Assembly (NCBI GenBank): GCA_051252375.1
Contig: JBPOFY010000004.1
Coordinates: 256,001-320,000 of the forward strand
DNA length: 64,000 nt
Source: Opitutaceae bacterium
GTDB taxonomy: Bacteria; Verrucomicrobiota; Verrucomicrobiia; Opitutales; Coraliomargaritaceae
Direction of reading: 5' to 3'
In this document: piece after piece, positions 31,944-41,505 of the stretch
How the letters are laid out: the number at the start of each line of letters is the position of its first letter
Position numbering within the stretch: position 1 is the stretch's first letter
Notes under the pieces: model-generated
What the model saw: only the letters and a program-made list of their open reading frames with translations
Database searches by the model: none
What the model was told of the DNA's origin: nothing
Translations under genes and position numbers: made by a program

Positions 31944-33047
31944 ATGACTACGGCAAACATACCTTCCGACGCATTCGACAGCATTGAGTCCGCAATCCGC
32001 GATATCGCAGACGGCAAAATGGTGATCGTGACCGACGACGAAGCTCGCGAGAACGAGGGCGACCTCGTGATGGCGGCCTCCAAGGCCACCCCTGAGGCGA
32101 TCAATCACATGGCGCTCCATGCCCGTGGCCTGATTTGTGTGCCCATGCTCGGCCACCAGCTACGCCGTCTCGCAATCAATCCCATGGCCGCGGAAAACCG
32201 CGAGTCCCACCAGACCGACTTTGCGATCTCCGTCGATGCCGCCGAGGGCATTACCACTGGCATCAGCGCTTACGACCGCGCCACCACTATCCGCATCCTC
32301 AGCGACCCCGAGGCGCACACCGATGCACTGGTTCAACCAGGACACGTCTTTCCGCTACGCGCCAAACCAGGCGGCGTGCTACAACGCGCAGGCCATACCG
32401 AAGCAGCAGTCGATCTCGCCCAACTCGCAGGGCTCAACCCTAGCGGTGTGATTTGCGAGATCCTCAACAAAGACGGCAGCCTCGCCCGCCTCCCGGATCT
32501 CATCGAGTTCAAGAAGGAGCATGGTCTCAAACTGATCTCGATCGCAGACCTGATCGAATACCGCCATACTCGCGACCGCTTGGTGGAACTGGTTTTGACC
32601 CGCCCCTTCGAGTCCGACTTTGGCACCTTCGACCTCCATATTTTCCGCAGCGTGCTCGACGATCGTCAGCACATCGCCTTGACCAAAGGCACGCTCAGCA
32701 AGGAACCGACACTTGTGCGTGTGCAGAGTGAAAACCTGTTGGCCGACATTTTCCGATCATCCAGCAGTGGCGGCTATAACTCGCTCAAGACCGCGATGGA
32801 AGCGATCAACAAAGCCGGGCATGGCGTGCTCCTCTACATCGAGCAACCACAAGGCGGCGTCCGTATCATCGAAGGCAAAACCCGCGAGATTGGTCCGACT
32901 AAAATGGACTTCCGCGACTATGGCATCGGCGCACAAATTCTCGTCGCGCTCGGCTTGCAGAAGATCCGCCTGCTCTCTAGCACGCAGCGCAAAGTAGTCG
33001 GCATCGACGGCTACGACTTAGAAATCGTCGAGCAGATCGAGATCTAG
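31944..33047 (+). CDS. ribB: 3,4-dihydroxy-2-butanone-4-phosphate synthase fused to a degenerate GTP cyclohydrolase II-like domain (RibBX)
   Basis: DDEARENEGD, TTGISA.DR, PGHVFPL, RAGHTEA; the C-terminal domain lacks the Zn-binding Cys residues. Confidence 0.92.
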   Translation: MTTANIPSDAFDSIESAIRDIADGKMVIVTDDEARENEGDLVMAASKATPEAINHMALHARGLICVPMLGHQLRRLAINPMAAENRESHQTDFAISVDAAEGITTGISAYDRATTIRILSDPEAHTDALVQPGHVFPLRAKPGGVLQRAGHTEAAVDLAQLAGLNPSGVICEILNKDGSLARLPDLIEFKKEHGLKLISIADLIEYRHTRDRLVELVLTRPFESDFGTFDLHIFRSVLDDRQHIALTKGTLSKEPTLVRVQSENLLADIFRSSSSGGYNSLKTAMEAINKAGHGVLLYIEQPQGGVRIIEGKTREIGPTKMDFRDYGIGAQILVALGLQKIRLLSSTQRKVVGIDGYDLEIVEQIEI

Positions 33048-33105
33048 TTTCTTTCTGTAAAAGGAACGCTTGCTTTACTATGTCTATTAATTTCAAATAA
33101 TAACC

Positions 33106-36100
33106 ATGTATAAATTATTCAATACTACCCTACTACTTACCCTTACCGCTTTAACCTCCACCTACGCTTCCGAAACATGGGTCAACGCCGCACATGAATA
33201 TGCGGACATCGAAGGAAAGCATCATCGCTGGGATACACAGGCGCTAGGAGAGGCGCCCCAGATAAAACTACACGACGTATTGCTAGCATTACCCCATCCG
33301 GACAAATGGAGCGAACTAGAGGCGACCTACAACGCATCACTACCACAACACGGCACCAGCAAGGAGGAAGCCCTGCTCACTCGCCTCATGCTGGCTTACC
33401 TCAACAACGACCTCACTGCAGCAGAGGCCCTCTTGATCGATTTTGAAACACAAGTTGGATCCATCGAAGACTGGTATAGTGATACCAGCGAACTGCGCAG
33501 TCAGCTATTCGCAGTCCAGCAAGACACTCACCCCGAAAAAGCGCTCCATCAATTTAAGCTGCAATTAAAGTCAAACCAACCAATCAACGAAGCCGAGATC
33601 GCCGAGATCCTTGGCGGCCCAGAGATACTGGAACAGATTAAAGCATATACCGCTGCCCAGCAGGAAATCATGCTGACTTACATGAAGCTGTTTGAGAGCG
33701 GCATGCCCGAAGGTGGCGAAGCAGAAATCTTCGCGCTACAGGAGCGAGCCACGAAGCTACCAACAGCACACGCCGAAGCCGTGGCCGCGATGGAAGCACA
33801 TGAGGACAACCCTCTCGTTCAAAAGTATTTTGAGAATGGAATCAACCCGATGCAGGATATATATCTGCCAAGCATCCAAGTGCCTGACCTCATCACACTG
33901 ACCGACGAAGCCCAAGCCACAGAGCTGCTGCTTCAAGCGCTGCAAGCGAAGGTCGATCTCTCAATCGACAACGCCGATGCCACACTCCGCCTCGCCCAAA
34001 AGTTGGCTTTGGAAAACATCGATACACTCGCTGCCCCACAATGGGGACTGGCGCAATCAATCGATCAAGTCGCGCTCTACGAAGCGATGAACGCAAAGTT
34101 TCCGACGAAAGTAGAGAACAACTACAACTACCAGCGCAAGAATGCCACGGGGTATTACTTCTGGGGGCTGGTCGCTGCCGACCGTGCCACCGAAGCCATG
34201 GAATTGATCCGCAGTATTCCCGACCTACAGGATTCCTTACCTTGGGACGCGGTCCGCTCACTCAAAAAAGCCGGCTACACCAATGAAACCTGGAATTTCC
34301 TCGATCAACTACTCGCCACATACCCTGAGGTAGAACTCTGGGACGACTACATGGCACTCTCCGCAGAGTTGAATAAAAATGAAGCCATGCTGGCACGTGT
34401 GAAAGCAGCCATCGAAAACAAAGATAGCGATCATGCAGCCGTTATCGAAAAGCACCAAATTCTCGCTTCTGCCTATCTCGCCAGTGATGACATCGAGCAA
34501 GCTGTCCTACGGCTCCTAGAAGCCCTTAAAGTCGAGGCGGACTCCTCCGAGGCGAAGCAAGCGCAATACGAAGTGGCGACAAAACTAATCGAAGTGGGTC
34601 ATCTAATAAACAACTCCGCATGGGTCAAAGAAGGCTTCGCCGAGGCAAAGGTCGACGGCTTGGATTTCCAAACTGAATATGGCAGCATCAACGCATCTCC
34701 TTATCGCGATTTAATCAGACTCAAGATAACAACTGGGGATCGTGCAGGCGCTATAGATCTCGCCGATGCATTGATTCAACGTCTCGAATCAAGTGGTGAG
34801 GCACTCGTCGCCAAGCAGGCAAAAAAGACGAAAGAAGAAGACTACTATCGTGGTAATGATTACAAAACAATCGAAGCCTTTCGCGCTGACAATAAGCGCG
34901 AGTATCAAGATGCATTGATCATGAAGATGGGACTGCTCGTCTCGAACAAAGATTATACCGCCGCCTTAAAATTATTAGATGAAAGCACACTTTGGCTGAC
35001 TCATGATGCGATCGAACTCTTAGCTCGTGGTGATGCCTCACCTGAGAACCGCCGCTTTGGCTGGCTACTCGCCAAGACACTCCAGCATTCAGGCAAGACC
35101 GATGCAGCCGCCATGACTCTCGAAGCTTTGCTCAAACAAGACAACGGCTACGACCCCGCCTATGCGCTCTATTTAGAAATCAAAGGCGCTGACGCTCTCG
35201 GCTTTTTTGACAAGCTCTTCGCACTCGATCAATTTCAAGAGCGCCCACTTATTTGGAAAGCACAGCACCTCGTCAACGAAGGCGATTTGAGCGCAGCCGA
35301 AGCGATTGCGAAACAAGCGATCGCCATCGACCCCTCCGACGGCGAGCAACCGCGCAACGACCGTATGCGCGTCTATGATGTGATGCGTCAGATTCGCGCC
35401 GCACAAGGCAACAACAAGGAAGCGAAGTTCTTCGCTGATGTCGTCAAAGCGATCCGCCACTCCGAAAATGCCGATCAGTTTTACAGCGCAGGTCTCTACC
35501 TTCAGGCCATTAAGCGCTACAAAGAATCACTCACTTTCTTTGCCGACGCTTATTGCGTGCAATCACGACTCGCAGTGCGCCTCTACGATGAAGGCCGCGT
35601 CGATGAAGCAGCGATTCACTACAAAAAAGCTTACGAGCTCATGCCGTCCAGCTTCGGACGTGTCGAGAGCCATTGCTTCGGCTGCGAGAGCGTTTTCAGC
35701 GGCGAGAAGCCACAATCCATCGCCGATGAAGTGTTCAGCAACTTGCTCATCACTCAGCCCGAAGTGCCTCAAGTCCACTACCTGATTGGCTATCTCAGAG
35801 ATCACCAAGAGCGCGAAGTCGAAGCAATGAAGCACTTCCAAGATGCCGTCGCCTTGGATCCCGACTACCTCAACGCATGGGAAAAAATCGCCTCGCTCAG
35901 CGAGCGTATGCACATGACCGCAGCAGAAAAAGATAAGTTGATTTTAAAGATCTATTCGCTCGATCCGATGCAGAACCATTCATCCGCCGACCTAGGAGAA
36001 GTCTCCGACCTCAAGGCTGTATGGACTGCCGTGCTCAAGAATCAGGAACTGGTCGACCTTATCCCGACTCCTAAGTCAGTCTATCCTTTCAAAGCGGCTG

Positions 36101-36246
36101 CCAAGTTGCCTGTAACCACAGCCCAATCTGGCTTCGACTACATGATGGAGAACGTCATCAAACATCCAGCCGACGCACTAAAACAAAATCAAGTGATTGA
36201 ATCGATCGAAGCACTGTTCATCGACCTCGGGAATTTAGAGATTTAA
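33106..36246 (+). CDS. Large exported tetratricopeptide-repeat protein
   Basis: Signal peptide, helical repeats (AIAIDP, AVALDPDY), HCFGC motif. Confidence 0.8.
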   Translation: MYKLFNTTLLLTLTALTSTYASETWVNAAHEYADIEGKHHRWDTQALGEAPQIKLHDVLLALPHPDKWSELEATYNASLPQHGTSKEEALLTRLMLAYLNNDLTAAEALLIDFETQVGSIEDWYSDTSELRSQLFAVQQDTHPEKALHQFKLQLKSNQPINEAEIAEILGGPEILEQIKAYTAAQQEIMLTYMKLFESGMPEGGEAEIFALQERATKLPTAHAEAVAAMEAHEDNPLVQKYFENGINPMQDIYLPSIQVPDLITLTDEAQATELLLQALQAKVDLSIDNADATLRLAQKLALENIDTLAAPQWGLAQSIDQVALYEAMNAKFPTKVENNYNYQRKNATGYYFWGLVAADRATEAMELIRSIPDLQDSLPWDAVRSLKKAGYTNETWNFLDQLLATYPEVELWDDYMALSAELNKNEAMLARVKAAIENKDSDHAAVIEKHQILASAYLASDDIEQAVLRLLEALKVEADSSEAKQAQYEVATKLIEVGHLINNSAWVKEGFAEAKVDGLDFQTEYGSINASPYRDLIRLKITTGDRAGAIDLADALIQRLESSGEALVAKQAKKTKEEDYYRGNDYKTIEAFRADNKREYQDALIMKMGLLVSNKDYTAALKLLDESTLWLTHDAIELLARGDASPENRRFGWLLAKTLQHSGKTDAAAMTLEALLKQDNGYDPAYALYLEIKGADALGFFDKLFALDQFQERPLIWKAQHLVNEGDLSAAEAIAKQAIAIDPSDGEQPRNDRMRVYDVMRQIRAAQGNNKEAKFFADVVKAIRHSENADQFYSAGLYLQAIKRYKESLTFFADAYCVQSRLAVRLYDEGRVDEAAIHYKKAYELMPSSFGRVESHCFGCESVFSGEKPQSIADEVFSNLLITQPEVPQVHYLIGYLRDHQEREVEAMKHFQDAVALDPDYLNAWEKIASLSERMHMTAAEKDKLILKIYSLDPMQNHSSADLGEVSDLKAVWTAVLKNQELVDLIPTPKSVYPFKAAAKLPVTTAQSGFDYMMENVIKHPADALKQNQVIESIEALFIDLGNLEI

Positions 36247-36356
36247 TCTGGAGGGCAATGCTACGTTCCAGCCTGAGCCTGCCGAAGTGCCATTGCCGTT
36301 AAACGTCGTAACCGCATCGAATCGACGGCGGTTGCGACGGAGCGCAACCCTCCAGA
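36247..36356. repeat. GGAG-type REP doublet (family C) with a small insertion in the left hairpin loop
   Basis: tctggaggg...ccctccaga termini; arms ggcaatg/cattgcc and ggttgcg/cgcaacc. Confidence 0.75.
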
Positions 36357-36363
36357 AATACGC

Positions 36364-37110
36364 TCAGTCTTCCTTTTTCAAAATGATGGCGCCCGCATGA
36401 TAGAGGTCGCGGTTGCTGGCTTGAAACTCTGCCTTTAGGCGCACTTTGAAATCAATCAAATCCACCACGCGCCAAGACTGCAATAGCCAGCGATCTCCCA
36501 TGCGACCTTGATGGGAAACACCAACGATTAAGTGGCTGGCATCTTCGGTAATTTTATTAGTGCTACGCTGCGGCTCGAAATAGAAGGTGCGAAAGCTACT
36601 CCTCTCACTGCCCGCTTTATAGACTTTAGGGTCGATGTAAAAGATACGCCCGGAAGCCTCATGCAGCAGTCGGATATCCGGATAACCCGAGCGCTGAAGA
36701 TCGCCCAATGCATTGACAGGCACGCCGCAAGTCAGCCCCTCCATAGCATTCAGTGCTTTGATTAAGGTGTCCTCCACGTGGCGACTGATTTCATTCACTC
36801 GACCCACTTGATGAATCGGATGTTCCGCCTGAGCCAATGTTACAAAAGTTTGATCCATGGCGCTTCCTAAGGCTGCGAGCATGGCCGCATCGACAGGGTC
36901 TTCGGCATTAACGGGAAGCACCGAGCAACCCGAAGTGGCGCGCACGACTTCCGCGAATGACACGACCTGTAAAGGTGCCTCGTCTTCAAGCAACCAAGCG
37001 ACAAAAGTCTCTACCCGCGACAATGATTCTGTCTCCGTGGTAGCGAGTTGTCCGAACGCAGTGCTACCGACGAGCAATGATATGATGACGCTCAGACTGA
37101 TGAATCGCAT
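36364..37110 (-). CDS. Hypothetical exported protein with a PD-(D/E)XK nuclease-like motif
   Basis: Signal peptide; GYPDIRL...YIDPKVY; SFRTFY; LKAEFQASNRDLY. Confidence 0.7.
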   Translation of the reverse strand: MRFISLSVIISLLVGSTAFGQLATTETESLSRVETFVAWLLEDEAPLQVVSFAEVVRATSGCSVLPVNAEDPVDAAMLAALGSAMDQTFVTLAQAEHPIHQVGRVNEISRHVEDTLIKALNAMEGLTCGVPVNALGDLQRSGYPDIRLLHEASGRIFYIDPKVYKAGSERSSFRTFYFEPQRSTNKITEDASHLIVGVSHQGRMGDRWLLQSWRVVDLIDFKVRLKAEFQASNRDLYHAGAIILKKED

Positions 37111-37156
37111 GACACGAGCATTGCGAGAATCCGCGCGGGGTCGATTCTAACTTTAT

Positions 37157-37230
37157 GGTAGGGACGGCTGCCTCAGCCGTCCGCGGCAACTCGCAACATA
37201 ATCGTACGCCCGGGGGCAGGCGTCCCTACC
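37157..37230. repeat. GTAG-type REP doublet, family D
   Basis: ggtagggacggctgcctcagccgtcc ... gtacgcccgggggcaggcgtccctacc. Confidence 0.8.
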
Positions 37231-37249
37231 CCGTGCAAAATCACGACAC

Positions 37250-37277
37250 AAAAAAGCCCGACCGAAGTCGGGCTTTT
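37250..37277 (-). terminator. Intrinsic terminator after fabF
   Basis: aaaaaagcccgac-cgaa-gtcgggctttt. Confidence 0.88.
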
Positions 37278-37299
37278 GAAAATGCTATTCTAGGATGAA

Positions 37300-38556
37300 C
37301 TAAACAAACTTCTTGAAGAGAAGCGTTGCGTTGTGACCACCGAATCCGAGGTTGTTGCAAATCGCGACATTGACTTCGGCATCGCGTGCTTCGTTTGGCA
37401 CACAGTCCAAATCACAGTCTGGATCGGGATCGGTGTAGTTGATCGTCGGCGGCACTTTGCCGTCGCGAATCGCGAGCGCACAAACCGCAGACTCAATACC
37501 ACCGGCAGCACCAAGCAAGTGACCAGTCATCCCCTTCGTGGAAGAGACGGGAATCTTGTATGCGTGATCGCCGAGAGCTTTCTTGATCGCACCTGTTTCG
37601 AACTTGTCGTTGTAAGGTGTGGAAGTGCCATGCGCGTTGATATAGCTGACATCTTCAGGTTGAAGACCTGCCTGCTTAATCACTTTAGTAATGGCGGCAC
37701 CAAGGGCTTTACCTTCGGGATCTGGAGAGGTGATATGGTAAGCGTCGCAAGTCGCACCGTAGCCAGCAATCTCACAAATGATGTTGGCACCACGCGCTTG
37801 TGCGTGCTCCAAAGTTTCCATGACCAACACGCCAGAACCTTCACCCATGATGAATCCATCGCGACCCTTATCGAAAGGACGGCTGGCTGTCTGTGGGGCG
37901 TCGTTATAGCTCGTGCTCATGGCTTTCATGGAACAGAAGCCGGCATAACCGAGTTCTGTCACTGCAGCCTCACTACCACCAGCGAGCATGATGTCTGCAT
38001 CGCTATCGCGGAGCATTTTAAAAGCTTCACCGATACTGTGTGTGCCGGAAGCACACGCACTGACGATGCCGTAATTCGGACCACGTGCACCCACTTCAAT
38101 CGCAACCACACCGCTTGCGATGTTGGCGATCAAGGAGGGAATCATGAATGGCGATACCTTACGCGGGCCACCTTCGTAGAGGCGACGGCTTTGCGTCTGG
38201 ATCGTGATCATGCCGCCGATACCAGAACCGATGAGAACGCCAAAGCGATCAGCATCGAGTGTCGTGGGGTCGAGGTCGGCATCTTTCAATGCGAGACGAG
38301 ACGCTGCGACAGCGAATTGCGTGTAACGGTCATTTCGACGGGCCTCTTTCGGGTCCATGTAATCACCCGCGTTAAAGTGGAGCGCTTCAGCCCCAACCTT
38401 TGACGGGTAATCGGTGATATCGAAAGATTGAACGGTGTCGATTCCGCTCTTACCGGCGAGGATGTTATCCCAAAAGGATTCGACGCCGTCACCGTAACTG
38501 GTGACAGTTCCGATTCCTGTAATGACTACTCGGTTTCGTTTAGGTGCTTCGTCCAT
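37300..38556 (-). CDS. fabF: 3-oxoacyl-ACP synthase II
   Basis: SACASG, NAHGTST, KGMTGHLLGAAG, GFGGHN. Confidence 0.96.
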   Translation of the reverse strand: MDEAPKRNRVVITGIGTVTSYGDGVESFWDNILAGKSGIDTVQSFDITDYPSKVGAEALHFNAGDYMDPKEARRNDRYTQFAVAASRLALKDADLDPTTLDADRFGVLIGSGIGGMITIQTQSRRLYEGGPRKVSPFMIPSLIANIASGVVAIEVGARGPNYGIVSACASGTHSIGEAFKMLRDSDADIMLAGGSEAAVTELGYAGFCSMKAMSTSYNDAPQTASRPFDKGRDGFIMGEGSGVLVMETLEHAQARGANIICEIAGYGATCDAYHITSPDPEGKALGAAITKVIKQAGLQPEDVSYINAHGTSTPYNDKFETGAIKKALGDHAYKIPVSSTKGMTGHLLGAAGGIESAVCALAIRDGKVPPTINYTDPDPDCDLDCVPNEARDAEVNVAICNNLGFGGHNATLLFKKFV

Positions 38557-38566
38557 AAGAGTTTAT

Positions 38567-38596
38567 AAAAACTAAGCCGCGGTTAAGCGGCTTAGT
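38567..38596 (-). terminator. Hairpin/terminator after acpP
   Basis: aaaaactaagccgc-ggttaa-gcggcttagt. Confidence 0.7.
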
Positions 38597-38618
38597 CGTT
38601 AAAATGTAGAGAGTGGAA

Positions 38619-38873
38619 TTATCCAGCTTTCTCGGTGATGTATTTGACGACATCGCCCACAGTCTGGAGCTTTTCAGCGTCGGACTCAGGGATTTCTCCG
38701 TCGATTTCATCGCTGAACTCTTCTTCGAATGCCATGATCAACTCGACTGTGTCGAGTGAATCAGCACCCAAATCGTCGAGAAACGATGCTTCTGGTGTAA
38801 CCTGCTCTTCATTTACGTTGAGCTGGTCTACGATGATTGTCTTTACGCGTTGTTCGATTGTTTGATCGGCCAT
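38619..38873 (-). CDS. acpP: Acyl carrier protein
   Basis: [19 protein letters not shown]. Confidence 0.97.
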   Translation of the reverse strand: MADQTIEQRVKTIIVDQLNVNEEQVTPEASFLDDLGADSLDTVELIMAFEEEFSDEIDGEIPESDAEKLQTVGDVVKYITEKAG

Positions 38874-38907
38874 ATTTTTCTAGGTTTGAGTGAAAGGAAT
38901 CTCAGCA

Positions 38908-39654
38908 TCACATCACCATACCACCGTCAACAGTAAAAACTTGACCGGTGATATAGCCTGCTTCTTCTGAGGCGAGAAATGCGGTTGTGTGAGCGATGTC
39001 TGCAGCGGTTCCCATGCGTTTCATGGGAATCATGCCGACGATGGCTTCCTGCTGTTTTTCATTTAATTCAGCAGTCATGTCTGTCGCAATAAAACCAGGT
39101 GCAATCGCATTAACGGTTACATTGCGTGCTGCAAATTCTTTGGCAAGACTCTTTGTGAGGCCAAGCATACCAGCTTTTGCAGCGGCGTAATTCGCCTGAC
39201 CAGCATTACCAGTCAGTCCGATTACGGAGGACATATTGATGATACGACCCCAGCGCTTGCGCGTCATAGGGCGAGCCAAGTACTTAATCCAAGTAAAGCA
39301 GCTGGTTAAATTTGTCGCGATGACATCTTCCCAATCGTCATCGCTCATACGGAAAAGGAGACCGTCGCGGGTGATCCCTGCGTTGTTTACCAAAATATCG
39401 ATATTGCCATGCTCTTCGAGGAGCTTTTCGCAGGCTGCCTTGACGCCGGCCTTGTCAGCCACATCAACCGCCAAAGATTGGGCAGAGCCGCCACTCGCGT
39501 TAATCGTATCTGCAACTGCACCGCAGGAACCTTCCGAGCGGCTGACGCAAATCACGTGGTGTCCCTTAGAGGCAAGAAGCTCGGCGATGTCCTTGCCGAT
39601 CCCACGTCCGGCACCAGTTACAAGGGCAATTTTTTTGTCAGTCGAATCAGTCAT
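38908..39654 (-). CDS. fabG: 3-oxoacyl-ACP reductase
   Basis: TGAGRGIG, NNAGITRD, YAAAK, directly upstream of acpP. Confidence 0.96.
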   Translation of the reverse strand: MTDSTDKKIALVTGAGRGIGKDIAELLASKGHHVICVSRSEGSCGAVADTINASGGSAQSLAVDVADKAGVKAACEKLLEEHGNIDILVNNAGITRDGLLFRMSDDDWEDVIATNLTSCFTWIKYLARPMTRKRWGRIINMSSVIGLTGNAGQANYAAAKAGMLGLTKSLAKEFAARNVTVNAIAPGFIATDMTAELNEKQQEAIVGMIPMKRMGTAADIAHTTAFLASEEAGYITGQVFTVDGGMVM

Positions 39655-39791
39655 TCAGTAAATTATAAGTCAAAGTCGGTTGAATCATTAAAACAGATAA
39701 AGTTCACAGTATTTCTATAGATGGGGGCAAGCACGAATGTTAACTCCAAGCAACATTGACAGCAGGGCCTGATTTCGGCTCAAGTGCAGGT

Positions 39792-40523
39792 ATGTCAGAC
39801 CAGGAAGAACAGCGTATTCAAAAAATTATAGCCAATGCAGGCCTCTGCTCACGTCGTGAAGCAGAGCGCTACATCGAAGACGGCAAGGTGCGCGTAAACG
39901 GCAAAGTTGCCGAATTAGGCGACAAAGCACTTCCGAGTGCGGCCATTTTCGTTAACAACAAGCCATTGCTAATGAAACAGGAGCGCATCGTCACCCTGAT
40001 CATGAATAAACCCAAGGGCGTGATGTGCACCAACTCCGATCCGCATGCGGACCGGACCGTGTTCGACCTGCTGCCTGCAGACTTGCTCCGCTTGCGCCTT
40101 TTTTGTGCGGGACGACTGGACAAAGACAGTGAAGGTCTGCTCGTGATCACCAACGACGGCGATCTCGCACACCGACTCACCCACCCAAGCACCGAGATCG
40201 TGAAGCGCTACCGGGTAGTCCTCCACCGCGATTTCAACAAAGAGGACATTCCAAAACTCCTTAAAGGCGTTGAATACGAAGGCGATTTCCTCAAGGCCGA
40301 AAAAGTCCTCCCCGCTCCACAGATCGGCGAGGGCCATCAGCGCCGACTTGAAGTGCACCTACACCACGGTAAGAAACGGGAGGTGCGTCGTCTCTTCGAG
40401 GCCAACCGCTATTTCGTCAAAAAACTCGTCCGCGTGCAAATCGGTGGCATCATCTTGAAAAACATTCCCAAAGGCGGCATAAAGATCCTCGGTAAAAAAG
40501 ACATCGAGCGCCTCTTCGCTTGA
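39792..40523 (+). CDS. S4-domain rRNA pseudouridine synthase (RsuA/RluB family)
   Basis: RIQKIIANAGLCSRREA, GRLDKDSEGLL. Confidence 0.93.
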   Translation: MSDQEEQRIQKIIANAGLCSRREAERYIEDGKVRVNGKVAELGDKALPSAAIFVNNKPLLMKQERIVTLIMNKPKGVMCTNSDPHADRTVFDLLPADLLRLRLFCAGRLDKDSEGLLVITNDGDLAHRLTHPSTEIVKRYRVVLHRDFNKEDIPKLLKGVEYEGDFLKAEKVLPAPQIGEGHQRRLEVHLHHGKKREVRRLFEANRYFVKKLVRVQIGGIILKNIPKGGIKILGKKDIERLFA

Positions 40524-40563
40524 TACTCGTCAAACCGCCTATCCATCGACACATATTGATACC

Positions 40564-41478
40564 ATGCAGCGCACTTTAAGATTCACACTGGCACTTCTAT
40601 TTTGCACCACCGCAGGCTTACAGGCCGGCGACGTGCTTTTACGACTGAGTCCGGACGCTAATGCCCCGACAGTTGCTCGTGTCGACGAGACAAATTCAAC
40701 CATTCAGCGGAGCACCCAAGTTGCCAATCCCTTCTTGGCTCAAAATGGCTGGAAGCAAAGCCAACACAAGGTCTCCATCGATGGCTACATTTCGACCGCT
40801 AAGATGTCGAAGAACTTCGAGATCGAACTGCAAACACCTCTCTCCGCCAACTCCAATCTCAGCGGCACACCACTCACTCGCATCGAAAAATCCGATCAGA
40901 TCAAAGTGCTGAAAGTCGACGACCAGTGGGCACAACTACGCATCACTAAAACACTCCCAGTTTTCTTTCAACAGCGCACTAGACCGGTAACCCCCCTGGC
41001 ACCGATCACGATGAACGCTAAGCCGACATACCGCCAGGAAACGAACGACAAAAGCTATCTCAACGACTTTGACCCCGCTCGCGGCGTAGGCATCACCCGC
41101 CCCGAAGCCCTACCACCGGAAAACGTAGTCTGGACGAGCTCCAACAGTGCGCCGATCCCTCGCCCCGCACCGAAGGCAAACGCACGCTCCATCAACCCAA
41201 CTACACAAAGAACTTTAGCCCCAGCAACCACGCAGACCACCTACGCGGAAGGCATCATTTACCGCTTCTCCGGCACCCTAGTTCAAGCGGGCAATGCATT
41301 GCAGCTCGAAGATGGCCAAGGTAACCGCTTGGTAAACGTCGACATCTCGCAAATGTATATCAACGACATAGGCCCCTATCTCGACAAGAAAGTTCAAATC
41401 CACGGCGAGGTCCAATTAAGCGAAGACCGCAACCAAGTGATTGCCATCACCGCGCGCACCATTCGTATCGGCCTATAG
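40564..41478 (+). CDS. Hypothetical exported protein
   Basis: Signal peptide, SH3b-like segments, Pro/Thr linker. Confidence 0.7.
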   Translation: MQRTLRFTLALLFCTTAGLQAGDVLLRLSPDANAPTVARVDETNSTIQRSTQVANPFLAQNGWKQSQHKVSIDGYISTAKMSKNFEIELQTPLSANSNLSGTPLTRIEKSDQIKVLKVDDQWAQLRITKTLPVFFQQRTRPVTPLAPITMNAKPTYRQETNDKSYLNDFDPARGVGITRPEALPPENVVWTSSNSAPIPRPAPKANARSINPTTQRTLAPATTQTTYAEGIIYRFSGTLVQAGNALQLEDGQGNRLVNVDISQMYINDIGPYLDKKVQIHGEVQLSEDRNQVIAITARTIRIGL

Positions 41479-41505
41479 TCCCCCTTTATTCAACCACTCA
41501 TCATC

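Noticed and set aside
31378..31944. 188-aa plus-strand ORF, and minus-strand ORFs at 31803-32156
   Set aside because: Antisense to the PLDc_N gene or ribB and spanning repeats; no protein-like motifs and no integrase residues
37333..38403. 356-aa ORF antisense to fabF, and similar shadows over clpB, mfd, nadE, accC and gltB
   Set aside because: Antisense or off-frame shadows expected from codon bias in conserved genes
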